Origin: a virus
Taxonomy: Duplodnaviria > Caudoviricetes
Reading direction: 5' to 3' (one strand)
Length of the DNA: 64,000 bases
Virus record (IMG/VR): IMGVR_UViG_3300043438_000518
Span: 32,001 to 96,000 of that record
The notes under the pieces are model-generated. The model ran no database searches. It was not told the DNA's origin and saw only the letters and a list, made by a program, of their open reading frames with translations. This document shows, in pieces, positions 48,933 through 57,294 of the stretch; position 1 is the stretch's first letter; each line of letters starts with the position of its first letter. Position numbers and translations under genes: made by a program.

Positions 48933-49301
48933 TTAATTGCTTGAGTAGAACATTGTATTAATGTAATTAGACTTCTTTGAGGATTTCATTTCCTCACGAT
49001 TGGCATAATCAAGTTCTGTTTTCTGTACTTGCTGGTACAAAGCTAAAATCTCTTCGTGAACATGAACGCTTATTTTTGCGTGAGCCAACCCTGATAATAC
49101 ATTTTTGTAGAAGATATAACTTGGGAGCCAATTTACCGAATTGGAAATAAAACCTTTCTCCAATGCGAATAAATAACATCTGTAGATGTGGTTTGTTTGT
49201 GCTGATGTCAGAGTTACATCCTTTAAGCATTCTAAGAGGCCGTCTTTGAATACTTGTAAAATCTGTTCTTCTTTATTTTTCATACGTTTATTGTTGCTCA
49301 T
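48933..49301 (-). CDS. Hypothetical protein (array gene, MSNNK start)
   Basis: 122-aa ORF. Confidence 0.55.
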   Translation of the reverse strand: MSNNKRMKNKEEQILQVFKDGLLECLKDVTLTSAQTNHIYRCYLFALEKGFISNSVNWLPSYIFYKNVLSGLAHAKISVHVHEEILALYQQVQKTELDYANREEMKSSKKSNYINTMFYSSN

Positions 49302-49311
49302 TGTTACCTCC
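49286..49311 (-). repeat. Gene-junction repeat (GGAGGTAACAATGAGCAACAATAAAC)
   Basis: Second copy of 47516-47542. Confidence 0.8.
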
Positions 49312-49503
49312 GAATATTTTCTGCTTCATAAAGATTTCCCACCTCATTCTAACAGTACCTTCACTATCAAGCTCATCAGTTTCAAAAAGTTCTCTAGGTG
49401 TAGATATAATATCCCAGCCCTCAGAACCTAATTCGTTTAGTTTTTTGCTTAATTCTGGTCTACTTAAAGTCATAAACCCGTATTGATATTTAAACTTGTC
49501 CAT
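49288..49503 (-). CDS. DUF4177-like small protein (array gene)
   Basis: LNELGSEGWDII motif; ends FGGNNEQQ. Confidence 0.6.
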   Translation of the reverse strand: MDKFKYQYGFMTLSRPELSKKLNELGSEGWDIISTPRELFETDELDSEGTVRMRWEIFMKQKIFGGNNEQQ

Positions 49504-49512
49504 AAATTATTT

Positions 49513-49878
49513 TTAACCTCCAAATGTTTCGTTGTAGTATTGTTCACCAGTTATTGGTAGTGTACTTTCAGGATAATCAATTCCATGAACTGTTCCTTTG
49601 TTGTATGCAGTTTCAATTCTTTCCTTCTCAATTTCTTTGCATTGGTCTGCATAAGATTCTATCATTTCAAGATGTTCTTTACTCAGTAGAATTTGGTCTT
49701 TAATAGCATTTAGAAATTGTTCAACTGCCGTTTGTTGTTTATCCTTTTCCATTAGTTCTTTGAGTTTTTCTTTACGCTCTTTTCTTAGTTGTTCTCGGTT
49801 TTCAATACGCCATTTGTTCTTTGCTATTGCATCAGATTGCTCTGCGTTTTCAAGTAGTTTTTTTATCTTGTCGTTCAT
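49513..49878 (-). CDS. Hypothetical protein (KQQTAV...EKE...EQYYNETF type)
   Basis: 121 aa; paralog of 49875-50138; internal copy of the junction repeat at 49726-49742. Confidence 0.6.
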   Translation of the reverse strand: MNDKIKKLLENAEQSDAIAKNKWRIENREQLRKERKEKLKELMEKDKQQTAVEQFLNAIKDQILLSKEHLEMIESYADQCKEIEKERIETAYNKGTVHGIDYPESTLPITGEQYYNETFGG

Positions 49879-50138
49879 TGCTCACCTCCTCCGTAGGTTT
49901 GTTTGTAAAACTGTCCAAATGTCATTACATCCGATTCATTCATCATTACATATAATTCGTATTCATAATACAACTTAATGGCTTGCTCCTTTTCCATTAC
50001 TTTGGCTTGTTCAAGCAGTTGGATTTCCAACATAACAAATTGTTTTCCTGTTATTTTACCAGTTATCAAATCGCTTGTTAATCTGCCGATTTCTTTGGAG
50101 TAATAGTCCAATGCTGTCGGTTGTTTATTGTCTATCAT
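49875..50138 (-). CDS. Hypothetical protein (array gene, MIDNKQPTA start)
   Basis: Start moved to the TAATG overlap at 50138; ends QFYKQTYGGGEQ. Confidence 0.6.
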   Translation of the reverse strand: MIDNKQPTALDYYSKEIGRLTSDLITGKITGKQFVMLEIQLLEQAKVMEKEQAIKLYYEYELYVMMNESDVMTFGQFYKQTYGGGEQ

Positions 50139-50287
50139 TAGTGCCATCCGTTTTTAAATGCTGCGTTGTAATCATCAAACATTGCTATCAATAACTTACA
50201 TATGATACCAACTGTTAAAAATAATACTGCTTTTATTGTAAATACTAATATCTTTTTCATTACGGTTTGTTGTTTATTGTTTGTCAT
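50138..50287 (-). CDS. Small membrane protein (49 aa, not in the ORF track)
   Basis: MTNNKQQTVMKKILVFTIKAVLFLTVGIICKLLIAMF...; translationally coupled on both sides. Confidence 0.6.
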   Translation of the reverse strand: MTNNKQQTVMKKILVFTIKAVLFLTVGIICKLLIAMFDDYNAAFKNGWH

Positions 50288-50463
50288 TGCTTTTTATTTC
50301 TAAGTATGGTTGAATAAATACAGAAGTATGCGAATACCAAAACTGGAATTGCCATAACTGCTATTGAAATTGCTTTACTATTTGCTACCCCTATGCAAAT
50401 AATGATAACCCCAATTAAAATAATTAAGGAAGTAATTGCCGTTTGTTGTTTATTGTTTTTCAT
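50284..50463 (-). CDS. Small membrane protein with two transmembrane helices (59 aa, not in the ORF track)
   Basis: MKNNKQQTAITSLIILIGVIII...; ATGA overlap with the next gene. Confidence 0.6.
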   Translation of the reverse strand: MKNNKQQTAITSLIILIGVIIICIGVANSKAISIAVMAIPVLVFAYFCIYSTILRNKKQ

Positions 50464-50469
50464 GATTTA

Positions 50470-51144
50470 TTATCCTCTAAGTTTATCATTAGCTTGTTGA
50501 ACAAGAGAATCTAATTGCTTATCTCTTTTTTCTTTTTCAGCTTCTAGTTCTTCTAGTTGTTTTTCTAAGCGATCAATACTACCCCAGATAATGTTTGAGT
50601 TAGGGTCTAGTCTTTTAATCTGAGCTACTAGTTCTTCTTGCCTACCCCTACTGTAAAATCCGCTTTCTATATCATCAGCTAGGTCTTGTAAGTGTTTAGG
50701 TGCTGAAATACTGATACGTAAGTCATAACTACTCCACTTAGTCTTGTAGTCCCAGAACATAATACCTTTGGTTAAGTTTCTAAATAAGTTGTGTAGTCTT
50801 CTGTTTCTTACTCTTACTAGAGAGTTATCACAACCAAACAAATGTAAGAAGCGTAGAAACCATCTGGGGCACCATTTAGGCTTAGCTTCATAGTCCATAG
50901 CTAGAATTAACGGGTAAATAGCCCTAAAGCAGTCTCCGTCTTCACTGTAAGGAATAGAACCTAAGTAAGAATACTTATCATAGAAACCCTTAGGGAAGAA
51001 TATAGGCTTAATTTCTCTCCAGCCTATATGCATAGTATGAACCATACCTTTCTTACGTCCTTTCCAAAACAGTAAGCCTGCTAAGAAGAAGGTTACTTTC
51101 TCCTTAACAGGTCTATTGTCTTTTACTTCAAATTTGGTTCTCAT
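50470..51144 (-). CDS. Hypothetical protein
   Basis: 224-aa ORF with KPKWCPRWFLRFLHLFG motif. Confidence 0.65.
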   Translation of the reverse strand: MRTKFEVKDNRPVKEKVTFFLAGLLFWKGRKKGMVHTMHIGWREIKPIFFPKGFYDKYSYLGSIPYSEDGDCFRAIYPLILAMDYEAKPKWCPRWFLRFLHLFGCDNSLVRVRNRRLHNLFRNLTKGIMFWDYKTKWSSYDLRISISAPKHLQDLADDIESGFYSRGRQEELVAQIKRLDPNSNIIWGSIDRLEKQLEELEAEKEKRDKQLDSLVQQANDKLRG

Positions 51145-51419
51145 TTGCTATTTTCCTTGTGTATAGGGTTTTTGCAGTTACCTTTGTGGCAAAGAATGTT
51201 ACCCTTGTGATTTTTACAGATAAAGTATTCACAATCTTCAATTACACACACCTTAAGTGGCTCTGATGCTATGTTACCTACTTCTGGTATTGTGTAGTTT
51301 GTTTGTTTACTCTGTACTGTTGGTTCTGTGCATCCTGTAATGAATAGCATAATGAAATACAATCCTCCTACTGTAAGCAGAAGGAAGAACAGTTCTTTTT
51401 TCTCGTTTCTTTTTATCAT
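51141..51419 (-). CDS. Putative lipoprotein
   Basis: Hydrophobic N-terminus ending ITGC; C-terminal HKGNCKNPIH. Confidence 0.6.
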   Translation of the reverse strand: MIKRNEKKELFFLLLTVGGLYFIMLFITGCTEPTVQSKQTNYTIPEVGNIASEPLKVCVIEDCEYFICKNHKGNILCHKGNCKNPIHKENSK

Positions 51420-51517
51420 AAGTTAAAGTTTACCTTGGGTCATATAGACATGAGTGTCTATGGTCCACAAGAAGTTAAGTTTTTTGATTAAGTTTCTCAT
51501 AAGTAAAAAGCCCTCGA

Positions 51518-51865
51518 TTAAGAGGGCTCTTGAAATTTTAAGTAGTTGTCTAGATATCCTTGTATGTTATCTCTTCCTACAGGATTCTGAGAGTGTACAA
51601 AGTACTTTGGTAGCTTAACTGCATTATTCATGCAGTATTCTATAAGCCATTTTGCACAATCTAACCCTGTTAACTCTGTGCCTAAGTCGTGATCAAGAGA
51701 CATTCCATCAGGCATAGGATTTTCAGTTAGATAGTTTACAAATTCTCTGTAACCTTTTACCCAAGTAACTTTTACATTTTCACCAAAGATAACTGTAATC
51801 CAAACTCTGAATTGTGCTTGAGTAGGATTACGTAAGTCATCAAGCCAAAGAATTTCCTTTGTCAC
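51518..51865 (-). CDS. Cyclic-phosphate-processing receiver-domain protein
   Basis: LWLDDLR, SLDHDLG, TGxDCAKW and VHSQNPVG signature. Confidence 0.75.
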   Translation of the reverse strand: MTKEILWLDDLRNPTQAQFRVWITVIFGENVKVTWVKGYREFVNYLTENPMPDGMSLDHDLGTELTGLDCAKWLIEYCMNNAVKLPKYFVHSQNPVGRDNIQGYLDNYLKFQEPS

Positions 51866-52091
51866 CGTTAGTAGTTCTTTTAGTGTTTGTTGACCTACGC
51901 TTAGCGTTGGCTGCCTTACGTTTTTTACGCTTAATGGCTTTTTGAATATCCTCCTCTACGTGGTCATAAGTAATATCACTATGTATAGGGTATCTTTCTT
52001 TTTTATCTGTACGATACAGTAAGTAAAGAATGATTATACCTATAGCCGAAGCTCCAAATAAGATTGCTAAGCCTGTGAATATGCTTTCCAT
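51840..52091 (-). CDS. Membrane-anchored basic protein
   Basis: N-terminal transmembrane helix, K/R-rich tail. Confidence 0.5.
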   Translation of the reverse strand: MESIFTGLAILFGASAIGIIILYLLYRTDKKERYPIHSDITYDHVEEDIQKAIKRKKRKAANAKRRSTNTKRTTNGDKGNSLA

Positions 52092-52321
52092 TATTTCTGA
52101 CTTAAGTCTATGGAACCTGTAATGAAGTTAAGTTGTTCTGTGAGATGCATCTCTCCATAAGCATTGTCTACTTCATACGTCTTAGCAATCTTTACTACCT
52201 TCTCTTCGATTTGTTTTTCTAGTGTTTCATCGTGAAGTTGAGACCAAGAGTCTCCGTTTTTAATACAAATCATTAAGATGTTAGCGTTGTGTTTGTCGAT
52301 CTGATAGTTTACCCGATACAT
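52091..52321 (-). CDS. Hypothetical protein
   Basis: 76-aa ORF, coupled to the next gene. Confidence 0.55.
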   Translation of the reverse strand: MYRVNYQIDKHNANILMICIKNGDSWSQLHDETLEKQIEEKVVKIAKTYEVDNAYGEMHLTEQLNFITGSIDLSQK

Positions 52322-52323
52322 AA

Positions 52324-52527
52324 TTAGTTTAGCTTTGTGTATTTTCTACTGATTTTTCTTTGTTCCCAAATTAGATGTAATTGCCACCTGTACCATTTGA
52401 TTAAGTCTATACCTTTCTCGTTACAGTGGTCTATAAACTGAGGAGTCATCTTACCTTTAAGAGATACTACCTTTTCCATGGCTGTCGGACAATTGATCAT
52501 CATCTGCAAATATACTACAAATAACAT
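52324..52527 (-). CDS. Hypothetical protein
   Basis: 67-aa ORF. Confidence 0.45.
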   Translation of the reverse strand: MLFVVYLQMMINCPTAMEKVVSLKGKMTPQFIDHCNEKGIDLIKWYRWQLHLIWEQRKISRKYTKLN

Positions 52528-52687
52528 CGTTTGTTACTTCTTGTTCATTGATTTCGAACAAAGTAAATACACTTGGTTGATTTTTAAACTGTTCTAATTC
52601 AGCCTTAGCCGCAGCAAAGTCTGCTTCAATTAGAATGTCTAGCTCCTTAATGAGCTGTTCTGCTGATTTTTCTTGGTTAGTTTTCAT
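52457..52687 (-). CDS. Hypothetical protein
   Basis: 76-aa ORF after the helicase. Confidence 0.5.
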   Translation of the reverse strand: MKTNQEKSAEQLIKELDILIEADFAAAKAELEQFKNQPSVFTLFEINEQEVTNDVICSIFADDDQLSDSHGKGSIS

Positions 52688-52695
52688 GATCTGTT

Positions 52696-53769
52696 TTATT
52701 TTAAGTGTGTGATTTTGTTTTGATCGTAATTTTTAAGATTGTCGCTTACCCATTTCTCATCTACTGTGTTACTGTAGCAAAGAATATGTACAGTAGCTGT
52801 TTGATCTGTTGGTAAGCGTAACATCCTCCCGAATTTTTGTTGGGCTTTGGGAGAACCTCCTGAATAAGAGTGTAGAATAATAGCATTTTTAAGGTTAGGG
52901 ATGTTAATACCTTCGCTTAACTGCTCTACACATGATAGTTTAGTGATTTCACCTGTTTTAAAGGCTTCTAAGGGACTATTCTTGTTCTTGGAATGGTGAG
53001 AGTCCTTACAGAGTCTTTCAGCTTGATCTATGGTGTTTGCAAAGATTATAACTTTCTCCTCTGAGTCTATCTCTGAGATAAGTTTCTTAGCATAATTTTC
53101 CTTAGTTTCAAACTGCTTTAAGAAATTGATTCTTTGAATGGTCTTAAACATTAGATTGTTACCCATTGCTCCATCTATCTCTCTAGTGATCCAATCATAC
53201 TGTGCTCTTTCACTGGTCATCCAACCTTGCTTAGTCTTAATGGTTTTATTTCTGTTTAAGTCTAAGTAGTGTACAAAGATGTGATAGTCGTTAAGAATCT
53301 CATTCTCTACGGCTTTATCTGTCTTAAATACGTACTTAATAGGGTAGTATTCCATCATAAGTTGCCCTTTCTCTGAGGTTAAATACTTAGGAGGAGTACC
53401 TGTTAAGCCTAAAATCCTACCCTTATATCCTTGTAAGAAAGGAAGAGCAGTAGCTTTAAGAGAATGTGCTTCATCTAAGATAAGAATATCATATTCTTCA
53501 GGATTGTGTTTTATGAGAGAAAGATAAGTAGTGAAGGTAATACGCTCTAAAAGCTCTTCAACCTCAAACTTAACTGCATCAGCTGTCCAAGACTTAAAGA
53601 TATCTACCTTAGGAGCGACTACAAGAACTTTCAAGTGATCAGGTAAGACATTGATATAATCTAATCCTATCTTAGTCTTACCTGCACCTGTCGCTAATTG
53701 TAAACCACACCTTTTAAACTGTAAGGCTTCTTTAAGAGCCTGATGTTGTATTAAATCTCTTGTTATCAT
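52696..53769 (-). CDS. Superfamily 2 DExH helicase
   Basis: ATGAGKT, DEAH, LTGTP, EGINIP and QKFGRMLR motifs. Confidence 0.9.
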   Translation of the reverse strand: MITRDLIQHQALKEALQFKRCGLQLATGAGKTKIGLDYINVLPDHLKVLVVAPKVDIFKSWTADAVKFEVEELLERITFTTYLSLIKHNPEEYDILILDEAHSLKATALPFLQGYKGRILGLTGTPPKYLTSEKGQLMMEYYPIKYVFKTDKAVENEILNDYHIFVHYLDLNRNKTIKTKQGWMTSERAQYDWITREIDGAMGNNLMFKTIQRINFLKQFETKENYAKKLISEIDSEEKVIIFANTIDQAERLCKDSHHSKNKNSPLEAFKTGEITKLSCVEQLSEGINIPNLKNAIILHSYSGGSPKAQQKFGRMLRLPTDQTATVHILCYSNTVDEKWVSDNLKNYDQNKITHLK

Positions 53770-53775
53770 ATATTA

Positions 53776-54276
53776 TCATTTGTAACTCTTTAGTTTGCTT
53801 ACGTAAGTAGGATCTTCAGCATAAACACCGTCTATGTTTTTAAGATACCTTTTTTGAATGTGAGCATAACACTTGATATTGTCTCTATAAGTGTCATACT
53901 TAGCATAGACTCCGTGTTTACCTGCTACATGTTTACATTTATGAAAAGTAATACCAAACAAGTTCTTTGCTTGAATACCTACATTAGACTTACCGTGGTT
54001 ACTTTCAATTCTAGATTGTAAGCAAGCAACTGCTGCTAGGATTACTCCTTGCTTAGTAAGTTCTGCTGTAATTCCTGAATCATTAAGAATAACATCCTTT
54101 TCTGTGATAACTTCTTTTATCACTTTAGTCTTAGTTATTACCTCTGATTCTGGAAACATAAATGATACTAATAGCAATACTGCAAAGATAACATTAATAG
54201 TTAAAGAGATGTGAAAATACTTCTGATAATTGGGAGCTTTTGATAAGCTAAGATCTTGATTTTGTTTGTAGTACAT
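53776..54276 (-). CDS. Membrane-anchored glucosaminidase/muramidase (GH73/FlgJ-like)
   Basis: N-terminal transmembrane helix; QSRIES, NLFGI and YAEDPTY motifs. Confidence 0.8.
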   Translation of the reverse strand: MYYKQNQDLSLSKAPNYQKYFHISLTINVIFAVLLLVSFMFPESEVITKTKVIKEVITEKDVILNDSGITAELTKQGVILAAVACLQSRIESNHGKSNVGIQAKNLFGITFHKCKHVAGKHGVYAKYDTYRDNIKCYAHIQKRYLKNIDGVYAEDPTYVSKLKSYK

Positions 54277-54377
54277 GATTGTTAATATTAAATGTGAAAC
54301 ATAAATTAAGGCAACAACTATGCCAAATGGTAATAATTAGAACTTAGGGCAGGTATCTCTCCTACCCTAAATTAAAG

Positions 54378-54770
54378 TTAAATAGTATCGTCTTGCCAGT
54401 TAATAACGCTTACTACTTCAGACTCTTCTATAAAAGTCTTAAGATAATTCTTACCTACCTTGTAGTCTCCTAGAATGATATCATGGATAACTTGGTAGTC
54501 TTGAGGTACTATTACTTCTTTGATGAAGGTAATAGTTTGCTTAGTAGTAGGAAGTTCTCTTAATCCTCTTAAATAAGTCTTTTCATCAATCATAGACTTA
54601 ACTGTTAGGTGTTTAAACATCCTTTTAATCTCTCTTTCTTGGATACGATCTAGCTTATCTAAGCTAGTAATCCTACCCTTAAGTTGAAAAGATTTAAATT
54701 GTGGCTTCTCCTCCCTTACGGAGTAGACTTTCTCTGCTACAATAGCAGTCGAAGTGATTCTTTTTCTCAT
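54378..54770 (-). CDS. Hypothetical protein
   Basis: 130-aa ORF. Confidence 0.55.
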   Translation of the reverse strand: MRKRITSTAIVAEKVYSVREEKPQFKSFQLKGRITSLDKLDRIQEREIKRMFKHLTVKSMIDEKTYLRGLRELPTTKQTITFIKEVIVPQDYQVIHDIILGDYKVGKNYLKTFIEESEVVSVINWQDDTI

Positions 54771-54809
54771 ATAAATGTATTTTAAGTGTTTCTAAATTAG
54801 ATATCTGTC

Positions 54810-54842
54810 TAAAAAGAAAAAGGAGGCCCAATAACCTCCTTT
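54810..54842 (-). terminator. Intrinsic terminator
   Basis: AAAGGAGG-loop-CCTCCTTT with a long U-tract on the minus strand. Confidence 0.7.
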
Positions 54843-54986
54843 GACGTAATACAGATATGAAAAAGATTTTAACCACTCATTGGTTAGGGCTAATATTGGT
54901 TAGCCTTTGCAGTTAGGATAAACGCTAATCTATCCTAACTAAAAAGTCCTGGAAGCAGATCTTACGGTATGCAACCAGGAACATTT

Positions 54987-55182
54987 AAAAAACAACTTCT
55001 TGCATGCTCACCATGCTTTTAGATTTTACTGGACATAGTTTACTGTCCACCTGTTGACGTGCACATCAGAGCAGGGTCCATCACAGTTCACTTTGGGTCA
55101 TGTAACTCATTTGGGTAATTACTCCCAAGAGCCAAAGTATCTTTCAACGGTGCTAATCCGCCCTCTGTAAGAAGTTGTTTTT
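54987..55182 (-). ncRNA. Putative structured RNA immediately downstream of tRNA-Leu
   Basis: ~17-bp closing inverted repeat (AAAAACAACTTCTTGCA / TGTAAGAAGTTGTTTTT) enclosing several hairpins; no ORF. Confidence 0.5.
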
Positions 55183-55271
55183 TGGTTCTATTGATGGGAA
55201 TCGAACCCATACTGACATTGCTGTCAACAGGATTTTAAGTCCTGCGTGTCTACCTATTCCACCACAATAGA
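55183..55271 (-). tRNA. tRNA-Leu(TAA)
   Basis: Cloverleaf: TCTATTG/CAATAGA acceptor stem, CAGGA-CTTAAAA-TCCTG anticodon arm, long variable arm, TTCGATT loop, encoded CCA. Confidence 0.92.
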
Positions 55272-55296
55272 ATAAAGGGAGCCTTACGACTCCCTA

Positions 55297-55304
55297 CAAA
55301 TATA
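55297..55304 (-). promoter_or_regulatory. -7 promoter element upstream of tRNA-Leu
   Basis: TATATTTG on the minus strand, 25 nt upstream of the tRNA. Confidence 0.55.
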
Positions 55305-55314
55305 ATTCATTTAG

Positions 55315-55905
55315 TTAAATTACTTCTGCTTTAGCTTTAACTTTGTTTTCTTTGATAGCATCCATAGGATTAGCTGTCATGTTAGTAATGCTACGAGACA
55401 AGTTTTGATCTTGCTTAATAGTAGCATTAGACATACCTGGTTCAGCAAACTCTACAGAAGTGTAGATCAAAGCACCTTCAAAAGTTAACTCTTGACCATC
55501 ACGAGTCTTTTTAACAGACCATTGAGGCTTAAGAGAACCATCAGCATTTTTTACTACTGCATCATCAGTAGTATCTACTCTGCGAAGGATTAAGTCTTCA
55601 CCATACAACTGAGAAGTACTTACGTTAACAGGGATAGCTGTTGAATAGTCACCAGTTACATCATCAGCAGTAAAGCCAAACTGACCAAAGTCTTTGTCAA
55701 AGTTGTCTTCAGTGAAGTTAAGCAATGCAGTCATACGGTTGGTAAGGTTACCACCAAGACCACGGCTAATCATACGTTGGTGAACAGATAAGTTAGCAGG
55801 AGTGTAGCACTCGAACATAACAGTAATAGGAGCTGTAAGTCCAGAATTGCGGAAAGCTTTGCTAGCGAAAGCTAAATTAGTTGATTTGAAATCTTCGTAA
55901 GTCAT
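55315..55905 (-). CDS. Hypothetical protein
   Basis: 196-aa ORF with an A-rich leader. Confidence 0.65.
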   Translation of the reverse strand: MTYEDFKSTNLAFASKAFRNSGLTAPITVMFECYTPANLSVHQRMISRGLGGNLTNRMTALLNFTEDNFDKDFGQFGFTADDVTGDYSTAIPVNVSTSQLYGEDLILRRVDTTDDAVVKNADGSLKPQWSVKKTRDGQELTFEGALIYTSVEFAEPGMSNATIKQDQNLSRSITNMTANPMDAIKENKVKAKAEVI

Positions 55906-55939
55906 AATTTTGTTTTTAGTTTTTTAAATTTGTTAATTT

Positions 55940-56269
55940 TTAGTTGTCTTCTAATACTGTTACTTTATCTTTCTCATAAATATAAATAGGCCCTATATAG
56001 CCGTCTTTAATAAGATAAGTCTTTTCACAGTCTTGTAACTTGTAAGAGATGATCATGTTCCATTCTGAGAACTTAAACACGAAACAATCTATTACTTTAG
56101 GAGGATTAGGATTACCTTCTCCTATGAGATCTTCAATAAAGAGAGTATCTGAATGCGTTAAGCGTTCAAGTTTTACACAGCTATCAGAACAAAGAGATCT
56201 AATAGGAAATAATTGGGCTTTTAGATTAGTAAAGCCGTTTAAAATTAAGATAAAGAACAGTTTTTTCAT
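55940..56269 (-). CDS. Putative secreted protein
   Basis: MKKLFFILIL...KAQ Bacteroidota-type signal peptide. Confidence 0.5.
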   Translation of the reverse strand: MKKLFFILILNGFTNLKAQLFPIRSLCSDSCVKLERLTHSDTLFIEDLIGEGNPNPPKVIDCFVFKFSEWNMIISYKLQDCEKTYLIKDGYIGPIYIYEKDKVTVLEDN

Positions 56270-56279
56270 AGTTTTAAAT

Positions 56280-56302
56280 TAAAGGGGCCATTGCTGACCC
56301 CT
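56280..56302 (-). terminator. Intrinsic terminator
   Basis: AGGGG...CCCCT hairpin after the stop codon at 56311. Confidence 0.5.
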
Positions 56303-56310
56303 AGTTTTAA

Positions 56311-57294
56311 TTACAAGCCTTTACGCAAGAACTCAAGTGCAATTTCTTTCTTAGAAGCACAGAATTTTAATTGATCTGCATTTTCTTTTACATACGACAT
56401 TAAAGCTTTATGCTTAGCGTTAGTATAAGTTTCTTCTGTAAAGATATTAATAGCAGCACGAGTTAATGCTCTTGTAGACCATCTGTCCATTTTAGGAACA
56501 ATAGTAAGCAAGTTTGCTACACGTTGACAGGCTAATTCAGATTTAGCAAAGTCAGGCATTTCAAATTTACCTGCTTTCATAGTCTTAACAGCTTCACCAC
56601 CGTCATTACCTGTAGATGCGGTAATAACAACATCAAAGTCTAAGTTGTACTTTTTCTTCAAGAAAATAAGTTGCTTATAATCTTCTTTAGATTGAGCCCA
56701 GGCATTTACATAATCGCCTTGTTTCCAAGATCTAGAAGAAGAATTAAGCATAGCAACTAATTCAGTAAGCTGTTCAACATTTTCAATTCCATTTACAACT
56801 ACATAAGGAATAGGAATACCTAAACGCATACAAGCCATAAGAGCATGTTGACCGTCTGCTACATACTTACACATATAGCCATTAATAAAAGATACTTCTA
56901 CTACGATGATAGGACGAATCATACCATACATTTGAATAGAATTAGCTAAACGATCAATGTGTTTTAAGATAAGAGTACGTTGAACACCTGGCAAAAAGTT
57001 AAGTGTTTCGTTTGCTTTAAGCCACTTTAAGTTGTTTTTAAGACTGTTTCCGCTTACATACAACATCTTCTTAGTTTTGCTTACTGCTGTTTTAGTAACT
57101 TCTTTAGCTTTCTCCATAAAACTAATAGGAGTAGTTCTAGAAGATGACTGTAACAGAGAATTAGTTACTGTTGTTTCTTTAGAAACAATAACATTTTTAC
57201 GAGGACGACCTTTTCTACGAGGAGTAGGAGTTGGTGCGTCATTTTTGGTTACCAATTTAACCTTTAATTTGTTTGTTTTCTTTGTTGTTTTCAT
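56311..57294 (-). CDS. ParB/Srx-fold DNA-binding protein with N-terminal AT-hook
   Basis: RRKGRPRK; QR...SIQMYGMIRPIIV...ADGQH. Confidence 0.7.
   Translation of the reverse strand: MKTTKKTNKLKVKLVTKNDAPTPTPRRKGRPRKNVIVSKETTVTNSLLQSSSRTTPISFMEKAKEVTKTAVSKTKKMLYVSGNSLKNNLKWLKANETLNFLPGVQRTLILKHIDRLANSIQMYGMIRPIIVVEVSFINGYMCKYVADGQHALMACMRLGIPIPYVVVNGIENVEQLTELVAMLNSSSRSWKQGDYVNAWAQSKEDYKQLIFLKKKYNLDFDVVITASTGNDGGEAVKTMKAGKFEMPDFAKSELACQRVANLLTIVPKMDRWSTRALTRAAINIFTEETYTNAKHKALMSYVKENADQLKFCASKKEIALEFLRKGL

Noticed and set aside
47516-50463. CRISPR array or integron attC sites
   Set aside because: The repeats are coding, non-palindromic and irregularly spaced; no cas or integrase gene is present.
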